Source: an uncultured Ellagibacter sp. (lineage in GTDB: Bacteria; Actinomycetota; Coriobacteriia; Coriobacteriales; Eggerthellaceae). Taken from it: a stretch of 64,000 nt of DNA. The stretch spans positions 4,755 through 68,754 of the forward strand of contig NZ_CAKUBT010000007.1 in NCBI RefSeq assembly GCF_934643285.1. The letters run 5' to 3'. This document shows, piece by piece, positions 47,454 through 56,841 of this stretch (positions are counted from its first letter, which is position 1; each line of letters starts with the position of its first letter). The position numbers and the translations under genes were made by a program. Below the pieces are notes generated by a model. That model did no database searches, was not told where the DNA came from, and saw nothing but the letters and a program-made list of their open reading frames with translations.

Positions 47454-47813
47454 TTACAGCTGGAAGAGAACCATCGGACGATCGAACTCTGCCATCTTGG
47501 CGATCATGTCCTCGAGGGTACCGTAGTACATCGAAGCGGACTCGTCGACCTGCACCGCGAGCGGACGCTGGCCGGCCTTGTCGCCATTGGTTCCCCAATG
47601 CTCGGAGAAGATGGACGTCGGGCAAGGAATGTAGAACCACTCCCAAGCGTCGCCGTCATTACCTTCGCCCTTCTTGAAGGGACCAACCTGAACTTCCTTG
47701 ATACCGAACTGTTCGAGAGGAAGGCCAAGCTCTTCTTTGCAGCCGATCTCGGCGGCATGGTTACCGGAGTAGTACGTGTAGTCTACGAGCAGTGCGTACT
47801 TCTGATCTGCCAT
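47454..47813 (-). CDS. Degenerate, truncated ferredoxin-like (4Fe-4S beta-subunit-derived) protein lacking cluster ligands
   Basis: N-terminus KYALLVDYTYYSGNHAAEIGCKEE aligns with the beta-subunit consensus (K/R)Y..(.)D...CxGCxxCxxACKxE. Three of the four Cys are replaced (Y, N, A). Only 2 Cys in 119 aa. RBS GAAAGGAAG. Lies 17 nt after the molybdoenzyme stop. Confidence 0.55.
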   Translation of the reverse strand: MADQKYALLVDYTYYSGNHAAEIGCKEELGLPLEQFGIKEVQVGPFKKGEGNDGDAWEWFYIPCPTSIFSEHWGTNGDKAGQRPLAVQVDESASMYYGTLEDMIAKMAEFDRPMVLFQL

Positions 47814-47830
47814 TTATGCCACTTCCTTTC

Positions 47831-50146
47831 TTAGTCGTCGGAGTTCAGGCTATGGACGCGGCGGATGTTGCACATAACACCCTTGTACGGAGCGCCAAAG
47901 CCAAGCTTACCAATGTTCTGATGCGGCACGAGGCTGTTGAAGTTGGACTTCCAAACGCCGAACAGGTTGGGCTCTTCGCCGTCCTGCTCAGGGAACCACC
48001 AGCCGTGAGCGCAGTTGAGGATACCAGGCTTCATGACCGGCGTGATCTCAGCCTTGAAGCGAGCCTCGCCGAACATGTTGTAAACCTCAATCCAGTCACC
48101 GTCGGTCACATCGTACTCTGCAGCGGTCTCCGGATTGATCTGGCACCACGGCCACGGATCGATCTGGCGCAGGGACGGAACCTGACGATGCTCAGAATGG
48201 AAGGAGCTGTAGCGACGGGAACCAGAGGTGGTGATCAGAGGATACTGACCAGCCAAGTCGGGCTTGCTGATCGGGCTGTAGTTCGGCTCCTCGTAGTACG
48301 GCAGCGGATCCTCGCCCCAGGATTCGTAAAGAATCGAGTAGGCTTCGATCTGGCCGGTAATGGTGTTGAAGCCGGGAGCACCGTCGAAGCGGAGCATGCC
48401 CTTCGCGTACTTCTCGTACTCGAAGCCATGAGCACCAGGCTGATAAAGGCCGAGCTCCTGGAAAGTCTTCCAGTCGAAGCCGAGCTCCTTGAGCTGATCG
48501 CTGAAGAAGTCTTCGACTGCCTGCTGAAGAGCAGCGAGGTCAAGCGACTTGCCGTCTGCAGGCTTGTACCACGGCCACCACTCGGGGTTGAGGCGCTGAC
48601 CGAACATGAGGCAGATCTCGATGTCGGACTTGCACTCGCCAACCGTGAGAGCCTTGTTCATGGGGCCCATGAACACGGTGTTGCGGCCATAGTGGGTGAG
48701 GACGATGCCATCATGCTCAGCCCAGGTGGACATGGGCAGGAAGTAGTCACCGAGAGCCATGGAAGTCGGCGTCTGGGTGAGGTCCTGGATGACGACGAAC
48801 TCGAGCTTCTGGAGAGCCTTGTGCCAACGCTTCGGCTGAGCGGAGCAGGTCGGCGTCAGGAAGTTGGAGCTGTTGAACCAGCCCATCTTCAGAGCGTACG
48901 GCTGATCCGTCTCCATGGTGTTCAGGGTCTCGTCAGGCTGGGTGGTAGCCATGCCGGTGGACAGGCCAGGCCACTGCGCAGCACCGATACGCTTCGACCA
49001 AACTTCGTCGGTCATAGCGCCGCGCTGCTCCATGCGCCACTTGCCGAGAAGTGCCGACGGAGGACCAAGGGTAAGTCCGCCAGGACGGTCGATAGAACCG
49101 CACATAGCAGCCAAGATGATGAAGGACTGGGACAGCTGAACGCCGTTCTTGTTCTGGTCGAATGCCAGACCCCAAGCCCAACCGATAGGACGCTCGGTGC
49201 CGATGATGTGAGCGACGCGCTTGATTTCCTCAGCGTCGACCGTGGTGATCTCGGCGACCTTGTCCACAGGATACTCAGCAGCGCGAGCCTTCAGCTCGTC
49301 AACGCCGTAGATCCAGTTCTCAACGAACTCATGATCGTACTCATCGTTCTCGAAGAGGAGGTTGATGAGGCCGAGTGCGAGAGCCGTGTCGGTCTGCGGG
49401 CGAACCTGCAGGTTGATGTTGCCATCATGAGCGCCGACCCAAGTGATGCGGGGGTCAACGGAGATGATGTGCGTGCCAAGCTTCATCATGTCGACGAGGC
49501 AGTGGCCGAAGAAACCGTCGCCGTTGGAGGGCAGCGGCTCCTTGCCCCAAACCACAACCCACTTGGACAGCGTGTAACGCGGGTCATGATAAGAACCGGG
49601 CAGGTGACCAGCGTAGTCGAGCTCAGGATAGCCTGCGCCGAGCACGTAGTCAGAGATGGAGCAACGAGGACCGTAGCAGGACCAGCCGGACTGCGTGTAG
49701 CAGCAGTTGGGGGACTGCAGAACGGAGAACGTCAGCGCGTAGTAGTAGATGCAAGCCTCACGACCCGTACCACCGAAGCAAACGATGGACTCGGGGCCGT
49801 AGGTGTTCTGGAAGTAACGGACCTTCTCGCAGATCGTGTCCATTGCCTCGTCCCAAGTGGTGCGCTCCCACTTGTCCTTGCCGCGATCTTCGAACGCGCG
49901 CTTCATCGGGTAGATGACGCGATTCGGAGAATGGGTGTACTCACGAAGAGCAAGGTTCATGGCGTTAACACGACCAGTGGTGATCGGGTTATCGTCGTCG
50001 CCTTCGACACGGATGAGCTGGTCGCCCTTCGTAACGACCTTGACACCGTATCCAACCGGGTGAGATCCCGGAGGAGACCAAGTGTTGCTACGAGTGACTA
50101 CGGTACCGTCTTCAAGCTCGGTACGCCACTGCTTACCATATGCCAT
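47831..50146 (-). CDS. Molybdopterin (bis-MGD) oxidoreductase-family catalytic subunit, cytoplasmic, without the N-terminal FeS-cluster motif
   Basis: Start moved to ATG 50146 after GGAAGGAAG (MAYGKQWRT...). MopB core (ISVDPRITWVGAHDGNINLQVRPQTDTALALGL) and C-terminal molydop-binding barrel (INPETAAEYDVTDGDWIEVYN..). The usual CxxCxxxC...C region reads TWSPPGSHPVGYGV...GRVNAMN. No RR signal peptide. Confidence 0.85.
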   Translation of the reverse strand: MAYGKQWRTELEDGTVVTRSNTWSPPGSHPVGYGVKVVTKGDQLIRVEGDDDNPITTGRVNAMNLALREYTHSPNRVIYPMKRAFEDRGKDKWERTTWDEAMDTICEKVRYFQNTYGPESIVCFGGTGREACIYYYALTFSVLQSPNCCYTQSGWSCYGPRCSISDYVLGAGYPELDYAGHLPGSYHDPRYTLSKWVVVWGKEPLPSNGDGFFGHCLVDMMKLGTHIISVDPRITWVGAHDGNINLQVRPQTDTALALGLINLLFENDEYDHEFVENWIYGVDELKARAAEYPVDKVAEITTVDAEEIKRVAHIIGTERPIGWAWGLAFDQNKNGVQLSQSFIILAAMCGSIDRPGGLTLGPPSALLGKWRMEQRGAMTDEVWSKRIGAAQWPGLSTGMATTQPDETLNTMETDQPYALKMGWFNSSNFLTPTCSAQPKRWHKALQKLEFVVIQDLTQTPTSMALGDYFLPMSTWAEHDGIVLTHYGRNTVFMGPMNKALTVGECKSDIEICLMFGQRLNPEWWPWYKPADGKSLDLAALQQAVEDFFSDQLKELGFDWKTFQELGLYQPGAHGFEYEKYAKGMLRFDGAPGFNTITGQIEAYSILYESWGEDPLPYYEEPNYSPISKPDLAGQYPLITTSGSRRYSSFHSEHRQVPSLRQIDPWPWCQINPETAAEYDVTDGDWIEVYNMFGEARFKAEITPVMKPGILNCAHGWWFPEQDGEEPNLFGVWKSNFNSLVPHQNIGKLGFGAPYKGVMCNIRRVHSLNSDD

Positions 50147-50312
50147 AGTCTTCTTCCTTCCTTTTCCCTCGCCAATTTCTTTCTCCACATTTACCAAGCG
50201 GGGTCGCTTGGAAGCCGCTGTCTTGCTTCCTTGCGTCACCGCCTCAAGGCACGTTTCATATTAGAGACATTACGGGGCTTGGAATCGAATCAGCGGGTTG
50301 TTTTTGGGTAGT

Positions 50313-50335
50313 TCAACCTCATCCTGTTAGGTTGA
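50313..50335. promoter_or_regulatory. Inverted repeat TCAACCT-N9-AGGTTGA in the molybdoenzyme promoter region (candidate operator)
   Basis: TCAACCT at 50313-50319 and AGGTTGA at 50329-50335. The 9-mer TCAACCTCA is shared with 57226-57234. Confidence 0.35.
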
Positions 50336-50593
50336 TTTTCGTAATCCAACCCTCTATTTCCCCTGGTCATAAAAAATTCCGCGAACGGCATGCCCATTTT
50401 TCAACTTTTTGGCATTTCACGTCCCTCCCCTGAAATCGGGTAGGAAAAGGCGCGGAATCACGCGCTGCATGACACCATCCATTGGTACAATAAGAAGCGG
50501 TATTCATGCTGTCTGATACCAATTACGTATGAAGATATCCACGTCACGTCCCGGGCCTGATTCACGGCCCGGTTTTTTGGGGAGGAACGCACT

Positions 50594-51370
50594 ATGGCCA
50601 CTCAGCAATTCACCCTTACTTCTTACGATCCTGTCTACGCGATCGCCGAGGAAGTCCGCATTCCGGAGGACACGATCCGCGAGACCGCTGTCCGCTGGCT
50701 TGAGATCAACATCTGCAAGGAGGGCGAGAAGGCGAAGCTGACCGACGGCTGGGTCAACGCCCACTGCGAAGATTTCAAGTCGGTCGACGAGCTTTTGATT
50801 TTCATCCGCTACAACATGTACCGCGACAATCGCGAGGTTCAGGAGCTTGCCGACCAGGATGCTATCTGCAAGGAACTCTCCAAGCGCCTCGTCGAGGAAC
50901 TTCCCGCCGATCTCGTGGAGAACTCCCTCTATGCGTCGACGATGCGCATGGAAGAGATGATCAGCCGCCAGGGCATGACGAAGGAAGAGTTCTGCGAGCA
51001 GCGCGGCATCACGCCCGAGCAGCTCGACACTGACGTTCGCGAGCGCACCATCCAGAGCCTGAAGGAGGATTCCGCTCTGGCTGCATACGCCGACCATGCC
51101 AATTACACGCTCGAGGCCGAGGACTTCTACGCCATCATTCCAGGCGACTCCATTCAGGACAAGGCTTACAAGCGCCGTCAGATCGAGCTCGATGGACGAC
51201 TTCCCCAAATGGAGGAATACGCCCGCAAGACCAAGGCGCTGAAGGAAATCATGGAGAACGCCATGATCAAGCGCAAGGCAACCGACACCGAGTGGCTGCG
51301 CTACGGCGACACGAGCAAGGACGTGCTGAACGCGAACAAGCAGTTCCCCGAGAACTTCGTCACGCTGTAA
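50594..51370 (+). CDS. Trigger-factor C-terminal-domain-like protein (no ribosome-binding or PPIase domain)
   Basis: 258 aa, RBS GGGGAGGA. ...LVEELPADLVENSLYASTMRMEEMISRQGMTKEEFCEQRGITPEQLDTDVRERTIQSLKEDSALAAYADHANYTLEAEDF... parallels the TF C-domain pattern seen in tig at 52117..53427. The call is tentative. Confidence 0.5.
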   Translation: MATQQFTLTSYDPVYAIAEEVRIPEDTIRETAVRWLEINICKEGEKAKLTDGWVNAHCEDFKSVDELLIFIRYNMYRDNREVQELADQDAICKELSKRLVEELPADLVENSLYASTMRMEEMISRQGMTKEEFCEQRGITPEQLDTDVRERTIQSLKEDSALAAYADHANYTLEAEDFYAIIPGDSIQDKAYKRRQIELDGRLPQMEEYARKTKALKEIMENAMIKRKATDTEWLRYGDTSKDVLNANKQFPENFVTL

Positions 51371-51532
51371 GCGCCCCTGCATCACCTAACATGCGAAAGC
51401 CGCTGCAAAGCTGCAGCGGCTTTTCTTTCGCCTGAGCGAGGCTCTGTTTGGCTCGTATAGGCACAGCAAGGCCCCCGCATCTGCGAGGGCCTTTTGTTTC
51501 ACTTGAAATGGATGTGTTGCTTCGGCGATGCG

Positions 51533-52051
51533 CTATCGGTAGGACTCGCCCTGGTCGCCGCCGAGGAGCTTCGACTGCTCCTTCATATGCTGGCGCTTCT
51601 CGTGTTCCGAGATGAAATTCTCAGGAGCCGCCTCGACGCTCTTGATCTCTACCTCGAAGGTGAGGTCCTTGCCTGCGAGCGGGTGGTTCAAGTCGAACTT
51701 GGCGTTGCCGCCCTCAATCTCGATGACGGTGCCGAGCGTCGGTTCACCCTCGTCGTTGGCCATCCACAAGCGAGAGCCCACTTTGATGTCGCGCTTGGGA
51801 ATCTGGTGCGTCGGGATGACGACGACGTAATCATCGAGGTACTCGCCGTACGCCTCGTACTGGTCGACGGTGAACGTTTTCTTCTCGCCTTCGATGCCTT
51901 CCATGGCGAGGATTTCCTTCTCGAAACCGTCGATCGCCATGTCCATGCCTGTCTGGAAAACCATGGGGTTTTCCTCGGTAGCATAGCCGAAAACGGTACC
52001 ATCTTCCAACTTGCCCGTGTACACGAGCGTTACGGTAGATCCAAGATCCAT
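51533..52051 (-). CDS. slyD: FKBP-type peptidyl-prolyl isomerase, SlyD-like
   Basis: Start trimmed to ATG 52051 (MDLGSTVTLVYTGKLEDGTVF...). IF-insert and NHPLAGKDLTFEVEI motif. Confidence 0.85.
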   Translation of the reverse strand: MDLGSTVTLVYTGKLEDGTVFGYATEENPMVFQTGMDMAIDGFEKEILAMEGIEGEKKTFTVDQYEAYGEYLDDYVVVIPTHQIPKRDIKVGSRLWMANDEGEPTLGTVIEIEGGNAKFDLNHPLAGKDLTFEVEIKSVEAAPENFISEHEKRQHMKEQSKLLGGDQGESYR

Positions 52052-52116
52052 GTTTATCTCCCTTTTCCGGCGCCCGGCCAAGGTGCCGCAGCGCGCCTGA
52101 GCGTTTCTATGCTGGC

Positions 52117-53427
52117 TTAAGCCTCTTCGTCGACTACGGTCACTTCTGCGGTCTGTACAAGCCAGCGAGAAGCCTTCGAATGGCGGCAGACCTTGCGAAG
52201 CTCGGCCATGCGGTTCGCCTTTTCCCACTTCTCGCGCGTTGCGATGGCGTCGTCTTCCTGGGCAAGTTCCTTCTCGATGTCTTCCTCGGTGACGTCGATG
52301 CCCTTCTCGGCGATGAGGGCCTCGAGGGCGCAATCGATACGGGCGCGGCGAATTGCCTCTTGCGTCACGTTCTCCTTGATCTCATCGGCCTTGCCGTTGT
52401 TGTTGAGGAGCCATTCCTGCAAAGAGGTGCCCTGCTTCTCGAAGCTCTGCATCATCTCGCGGCCGACGTCCTGGCGAATGAAGTCCACATAGTATTGCGG
52501 AACGTCGCCCACAAGGCGATTAGCGAGCGCGTCAACCGCACGCTGCACCATAAGGCCCGGGAGCTCGGCTTCTTTATGTTGATTGATCTGGTGGCGCATC
52601 TGCTTGCGCATATCCTCGGCGTCCATGCAGCCCACCTTAGCCGCGAGCTCATCACCGATCTCGGGAACGATCTTGCGGCGGAATTCCTGAATCTCGACGT
52701 TGGCATGCAGCTGGCCATCACCGAACTGCGTGTTGCCCTCCTCGTCTTTCGCCTCGAAATCGAATTCGAGAGTATCGCCGAGCTTGCTGCCGACAAGATG
52801 CTCGTCAAAGGACGCGGGCATGGAACCAGAACCCAACTCGATCATGCGCGTCGCATAGCGAAGGCCGTTCACGGCGTTGCCGTCTTGCGTAACCGTCACG
52901 GCCGCCGAGACAACATCGCCCATTTCTGCAACGTGTTCAGGGTCGTCGATCTTTTCAAAGGAATGGTAGACATCCTGGAGATGCTTGAGCTGGCGCTCGA
53001 CTTCCGCATCGGTAGCCTCGTCGGGCGGCATCTCGATGGAAACGCCGTCGTAGCTCGAAAGCTTCATCTGCGGCACCACGGCGCCGGAGACGGTGAACGT
53101 GAACGGCTGGCCCTCGACGACGTCGTTATCAACGTTGAAATCCGGTTCCCCTACGAAGATCACGTCTGCGTCGTCAAGTGCCTTGAAAGCGTTCTCGTTG
53201 ATGAGCATCTCGGCGACGCCGCCCATGGCGTTCTTATGGCCGCCAACGTTCTGCTCGAGAACCGCGCGAGGGGCCTTGCCCTTGCGGAACCCGGGAATAT
53301 CACGCTGGGCGATCTCGGCGAAGAACTTGTCTGCCGCTTCCTTCACCTCGTCGGCAGACGCAACCAGCGTGAGAACTAGCTCCTGCTTGTCCCCATCGTC
53401 TTCGCGAACTCTGTCTTTAACCTGCAC
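52117..53427 (-). CDS. tig: Trigger factor
   Basis: 436 aa. N-terminal ribosome-binding signature IPGFRKGKAPR, then the PPIase and C-domains. Confidence 0.9.
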   Translation of the reverse strand: MQVKDRVREDDGDKQELVLTLVASADEVKEAADKFFAEIAQRDIPGFRKGKAPRAVLEQNVGGHKNAMGGVAEMLINENAFKALDDADVIFVGEPDFNVDNDVVEGQPFTFTVSGAVVPQMKLSSYDGVSIEMPPDEATDAEVERQLKHLQDVYHSFEKIDDPEHVAEMGDVVSAAVTVTQDGNAVNGLRYATRMIELGSGSMPASFDEHLVGSKLGDTLEFDFEAKDEEGNTQFGDGQLHANVEIQEFRRKIVPEIGDELAAKVGCMDAEDMRKQMRHQINQHKEAELPGLMVQRAVDALANRLVGDVPQYYVDFIRQDVGREMMQSFEKQGTSLQEWLLNNNGKADEIKENVTQEAIRRARIDCALEALIAEKGIDVTEEDIEKELAQEDDAIATREKWEKANRMAELRKVCRHSKASRWLVQTAEVTVVDEEA

Positions 53428-53600
53428 AGCTCCTCCTTTATGCCGGCAATGATTTCTGCGTTGCTGAATTTACGCTGTTCCTGCAGTTCATTGTACCTTA
53501 GAGGGCATTTCAGGGAATAAAAAAGACTGGTCCAGATGCTTTCTGGACCAGTCTTCGAAAAATCGTACTACAACTTTTACGTTGCGGAACGAGCGGCTTC

Positions 53601-53834
53601 TTACATGCCAGGAGCCTTGGGAGCGCCAGGGGCAGCCGGGGCACCAGGAGCAGCCGGAGCGCCGGGAGCGCCAGGGGCAGCCGGGGCACCAGGAGCGCCG
53701 GGGGCAGCAGCCGTCAGATCACCTTTGCAGAAGGGGCAGTTCTTGAGAACCATGCCGCCCATAGCCTGGATGGCCTTGCCGCAGTGCGGGCACTTGCTCG
53801 GGCCAGCCGATGCGTCTGCAGGACGAAAACACAT
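53601..53834 (-). CDS. Small zinc-ribbon protein with Ala-Pro-Gly repeat tail
   Basis: 77 aa, strong RBS AAAGGAGGA. CPHCG...CPFCKG, then (APGAPG)n encoded by a DNA tandem repeat at 53606-53710. Confidence 0.5.
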   Translation of the reverse strand: MCFRPADASAGPSKCPHCGKAIQAMGGMVLKNCPFCKGDLTAAAPGAPGAPAAPGAPGAPAAPGAPAAPGAPKAPGM

Positions 53835-54302
53835 AACAATCCTCCTTTGTAGCTTCCCAAAGAATCAGCTTCATACCGAGCCTTCGGGCATCCTTTTTTC
53901 AAAACGCCATCCCCGCCGGATAGACGCTTCGATTACCTTCCGCTTTGTCCGAACGTAGCCATCGGCTGCTCTGGACCTTCCCAATCCGTAAATTGAGCAG
54001 TCTCCAACTAAGCTCTGTTATCAAAGCATCTTTAGTTTATAGGTCGAGCAGGGAAATGCATCATCACAATGGGATGTCTTTATATTTTCACCATCATCCT
54101 TCGAGGTTGAATTTCCTCGTCTTATCTGGGAAAACGTATAGGACATAATCCACTATATGGGGCATTCCTATGATAAAATCGAAAAGCAAGAATAACGGTA
54201 GCTTTTAAAGCTAAATCTATGAGATTGCCGACCCCTAAAGCGGCGAAATCACGTCTTGCACTATACTTTTAGTAACATTTTCGGCACTACCGAAGGAGCT
54301 CT

Positions 54303-54908
54303 ATGCCCAAGTTCAACAAGATGTACTTCCCCGTCGACGCTATCGCGAAACACGAGGATTTCGATGTTTGGTATAGCGACGGAGAACGAGCTTTGCGCTT
54401 CGAGGGCCCTTGGGAGAAAGAGTCCGACCGCATCGCGATGATCGGGCGCATGGGCGGCCAAATCGGCCAAATCAGGCCCGACAACAAGGCACTCAACTAC
54501 TATCTGCGCCACGATCGCTTCGAATACGAGTTCCAAACCCGCGTCATCAAGGAGCACTATTATGTCGAGGGCATGCTGTGGGATATCCACGGCAGCGTGA
54601 GCAAACCGCCGGTCGACTTCTTTCAGATCAAAAAGAAGAAAAACGAAGTCCACGTTCGCAAGACGCTGTTCAAGGACCACGGCGAGTGCTTCGAGGTAAC
54701 CGCTCGCGACACGGCGACGCTGCGCATTGCCGTCGAGGCTACGGTGGCCATGTGCATCAAAGAGGAGTACAAGGGCTTGAGCGACCCTGATGAAGACGAG
54801 CGCGGCGGAAAGAAACGCGGTACCTTCGGCAAGTTCTTCGACTTCATCCAGCCCAAGGGCGTTCCCTACGAGAAGCTCTACGATGAGGAGGGCAATCCTC
54901 TCGGCTAG
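54303..54908 (+). CDS. Hypothetical 201-aa protein
   Basis: RBS GAAGGAG. Lower GC. Preceded by a ~470-bp AT-rich noncoding stretch. No motif recognised. Confidence 0.55.
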   Translation: MPKFNKMYFPVDAIAKHEDFDVWYSDGERALRFEGPWEKESDRIAMIGRMGGQIGQIRPDNKALNYYLRHDRFEYEFQTRVIKEHYYVEGMLWDIHGSVSKPPVDFFQIKKKKNEVHVRKTLFKDHGECFEVTARDTATLRIAVEATVAMCIKEEYKGLSDPDEDERGGKKRGTFGKFFDFIQPKGVPYEKLYDEEGNPLG

Positions 54909-54957
54909 TAACTGCCGCTTTAGCTGGGCAAAAGCCAAGCAGCAACCCAAAACTAGA

Positions 54958-55005
54958 GATATAAGGAAGGCCTCGGGCATCGTGACCCGAGGCCTTCCTT
55001 ATATC
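54958..55005. terminator. 20-bp perfect-stem hairpin between convergent genes (no U-tract)
   Basis: gatataaggaaggcctcggg-catcgtga-cccgaggccttccttatatc. Confidence 0.5.
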
Positions 55006-55093
55006 CTCCAAGCGCTTCTTCGGGAGCAGGTGGAACCTGACAGCGACACTCTAACGCCCGGAGGCTGTTAATGTCGCCCCTGCCCTGCCCGCA

Positions 55094-55125
55094 CAACAAA
55101 AGAACCCCCGCCGAAGCGGGGGTTC
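55094..55125 (-). terminator. Rho-independent terminator of the MFS gene
   Basis: Minus strand reads gaacccccgc-ttcg-gcgggggttc followed by ttttgttg. Confidence 0.65.
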
Positions 55126-55161
55126 TCGATGCAACCGAATGGGTTACTTTTCAAGCTTGCG

Positions 55162-56841
55162 CTATTCCGCGAAGTAAGCCTTGCGATGCGGGGTAGCGAA
55201 GATGAAGAAGTAGACGAACGGAAGCAGAACACCGACTGCCATGAGGGGCAGAGCGATCGGGAGCTTCGACCAACCGGTGATGGCCAGCGGGCACACGATG
55301 CAGGTGATGAACAGGAACGCGATCACGACGAGCATGATGATGAAGTTCGTCATGCCGGTGTCGGAAGCATCGGTCTTGCCGTCGCCAGCGAGCTCGTCCA
55401 TGGACTTACCGCCGGTTTCCTTAACGAACAGGAGGCAGCAGATGAAGCCGAGAACGAACGGAACGATGAGGACGAGAACGACCGACGACCAGTTGGTAGC
55501 GCCTTCAGCGGTCTGGAACATAGCCATACCAGCGATGCCGCCGAGGACGATCGAGGAGGCGGAGCCGCCGAAGCGGGCAAACGCCTGGCACCACGAAACG
55601 CCGGTGTTGCGGATTGCGGTCGGGTAAGACTCAGGCATCAGCGGCTGAACAGCGGTGATGGCGTAGTTCAGAGCGAAGCCGAAGAGAAGCATGAGGGCAA
55701 TCGACAGACCGAAGTTGTTCGGGACAACGAACACGGAGCAGATGACGATTGCGACGATGCAGAAGATCCAGGAGAACGCCAGGTTGCGCTTACGGCCGAT
55801 GCGGTCAGCGACGAAGCCGACGCAGCAGTTGGAGGCGATAGCAGCAACGTTGTTCCAGGTCTGGAGAGCAACAGCCTCAGACGGGGTGTAGCCAATGCCC
55901 TTGAACCAGGTGGGCAGCCATGCGTTCATGCCGTACACGCAGAACTGGCCAACGAAGTAAGCGGTCCAGATAGCAGCGGTCGGGACGATGAACTTCTTGG
56001 AGAACAGGATGTTCGGGGAGGTCTTGGCAGGCTTCGGCGGAACGACGAGGAGCTTCGGGTCGAAGTGGGTCTCTTCCTGGCCAGCGGAGCGCTGCAGATG
56101 GTTGAGAGCCTTGCAAGCCTCTTCCATGCGACCGGCGTTGGCGAACCAGTGCGGGGTCTCATGCATGAAGAAGTGAAGCACGATTCCGTAGATGATGGGC
56201 AGAGCGCCGATCAGGTAGCAGAGGCGCCAGTTGGCATACATGGTGGCAGAGGAACCATCAGCGTTGAGGTAGGTGACTTCGTTGGTGAAGCCGCCCAGGA
56301 TCGGGGTTGCGGTGTTGCAGATCGGGTTGCCGATAACGCCAGCGAGAACCCAGCCAGCAACCATGCCCGCCATGCCGATCGTCACGAAGACGCCGCGCTG
56401 CTTGGACGGAATCGTCTCAGAGAACACGGTGGTGACGATGGGGATGCAGGAGCCGACGCCGAAGCCGGCGATCAGGCGGAATGCTGCGAAGAACACGAGG
56501 TCGTTCGCGAAAGCCTGGGGCAGGGTGAACAGACCATAGAAGATAACAGCGATGGTCAGCATCTTCTTACGGCCGATCTTGTCGGACAGGATGCCGCCGA
56601 CTGCGCCGCCGAGAACCATGCCGAGCAGTCCCCACGTGGTGAGCGAGCCCATGAGAGCACCCGGGTTCGGGTTGTCGGGCCAGAACGTATGTGCAACGAA
56701 CAGGTTGGTGGTGTTAACGACCATGAAGTCGTAACCATCGAAAATCATAGCGAAGATCATGAGGAAGAACATAAGCCACGTGTGGCCGTTAACTCCCAAA
56801 TGGTCTACAACCTCTGAAACGGTGAATTCCTTACCGTTCAT
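55162..56841 (-). CDS. MFS transporter, aromatic-acid/H+ symporter-like
   Basis: Start trimmed to ATG 56841 after AAAGGAGGGA. 12+ TM helices. Motif A-like GILSDKIGRKK. FDGYDFMVV and FRLIAGFGVGSCIP are typical of AAHS/sugar-porter-type MFS. The substrate call is inference. Confidence 0.8.
   Translation of the reverse strand: MNGKEFTVSEVVDHLGVNGHTWLMFFLMIFAMIFDGYDFMVVNTTNLFVAHTFWPDNPNPGALMGSLTTWGLLGMVLGGAVGGILSDKIGRKKMLTIAVIFYGLFTLPQAFANDLVFFAAFRLIAGFGVGSCIPIVTTVFSETIPSKQRGVFVTIGMAGMVAGWVLAGVIGNPICNTATPILGGFTNEVTYLNADGSSATMYANWRLCYLIGALPIIYGIVLHFFMHETPHWFANAGRMEEACKALNHLQRSAGQEETHFDPKLLVVPPKPAKTSPNILFSKKFIVPTAAIWTAYFVGQFCVYGMNAWLPTWFKGIGYTPSEAVALQTWNNVAAIASNCCVGFVADRIGRKRNLAFSWIFCIVAIVICSVFVVPNNFGLSIALMLLFGFALNYAITAVQPLMPESYPTAIRNTGVSWCQAFARFGGSASSIVLGGIAGMAMFQTAEGATNWSSVVLVLIVPFVLGFICCLLFVKETGGKSMDELAGDGKTDASDTGMTNFIIMLVVIAFLFITCIVCPLAITGWSKLPIALPLMAVGVLLPFVYFFIFATPHRKAYFAE

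Noticed and set aside
47792-50311. 839-aa plus-strand ORF
   Set aside because: Antisense shadow of the molybdoenzyme gene.
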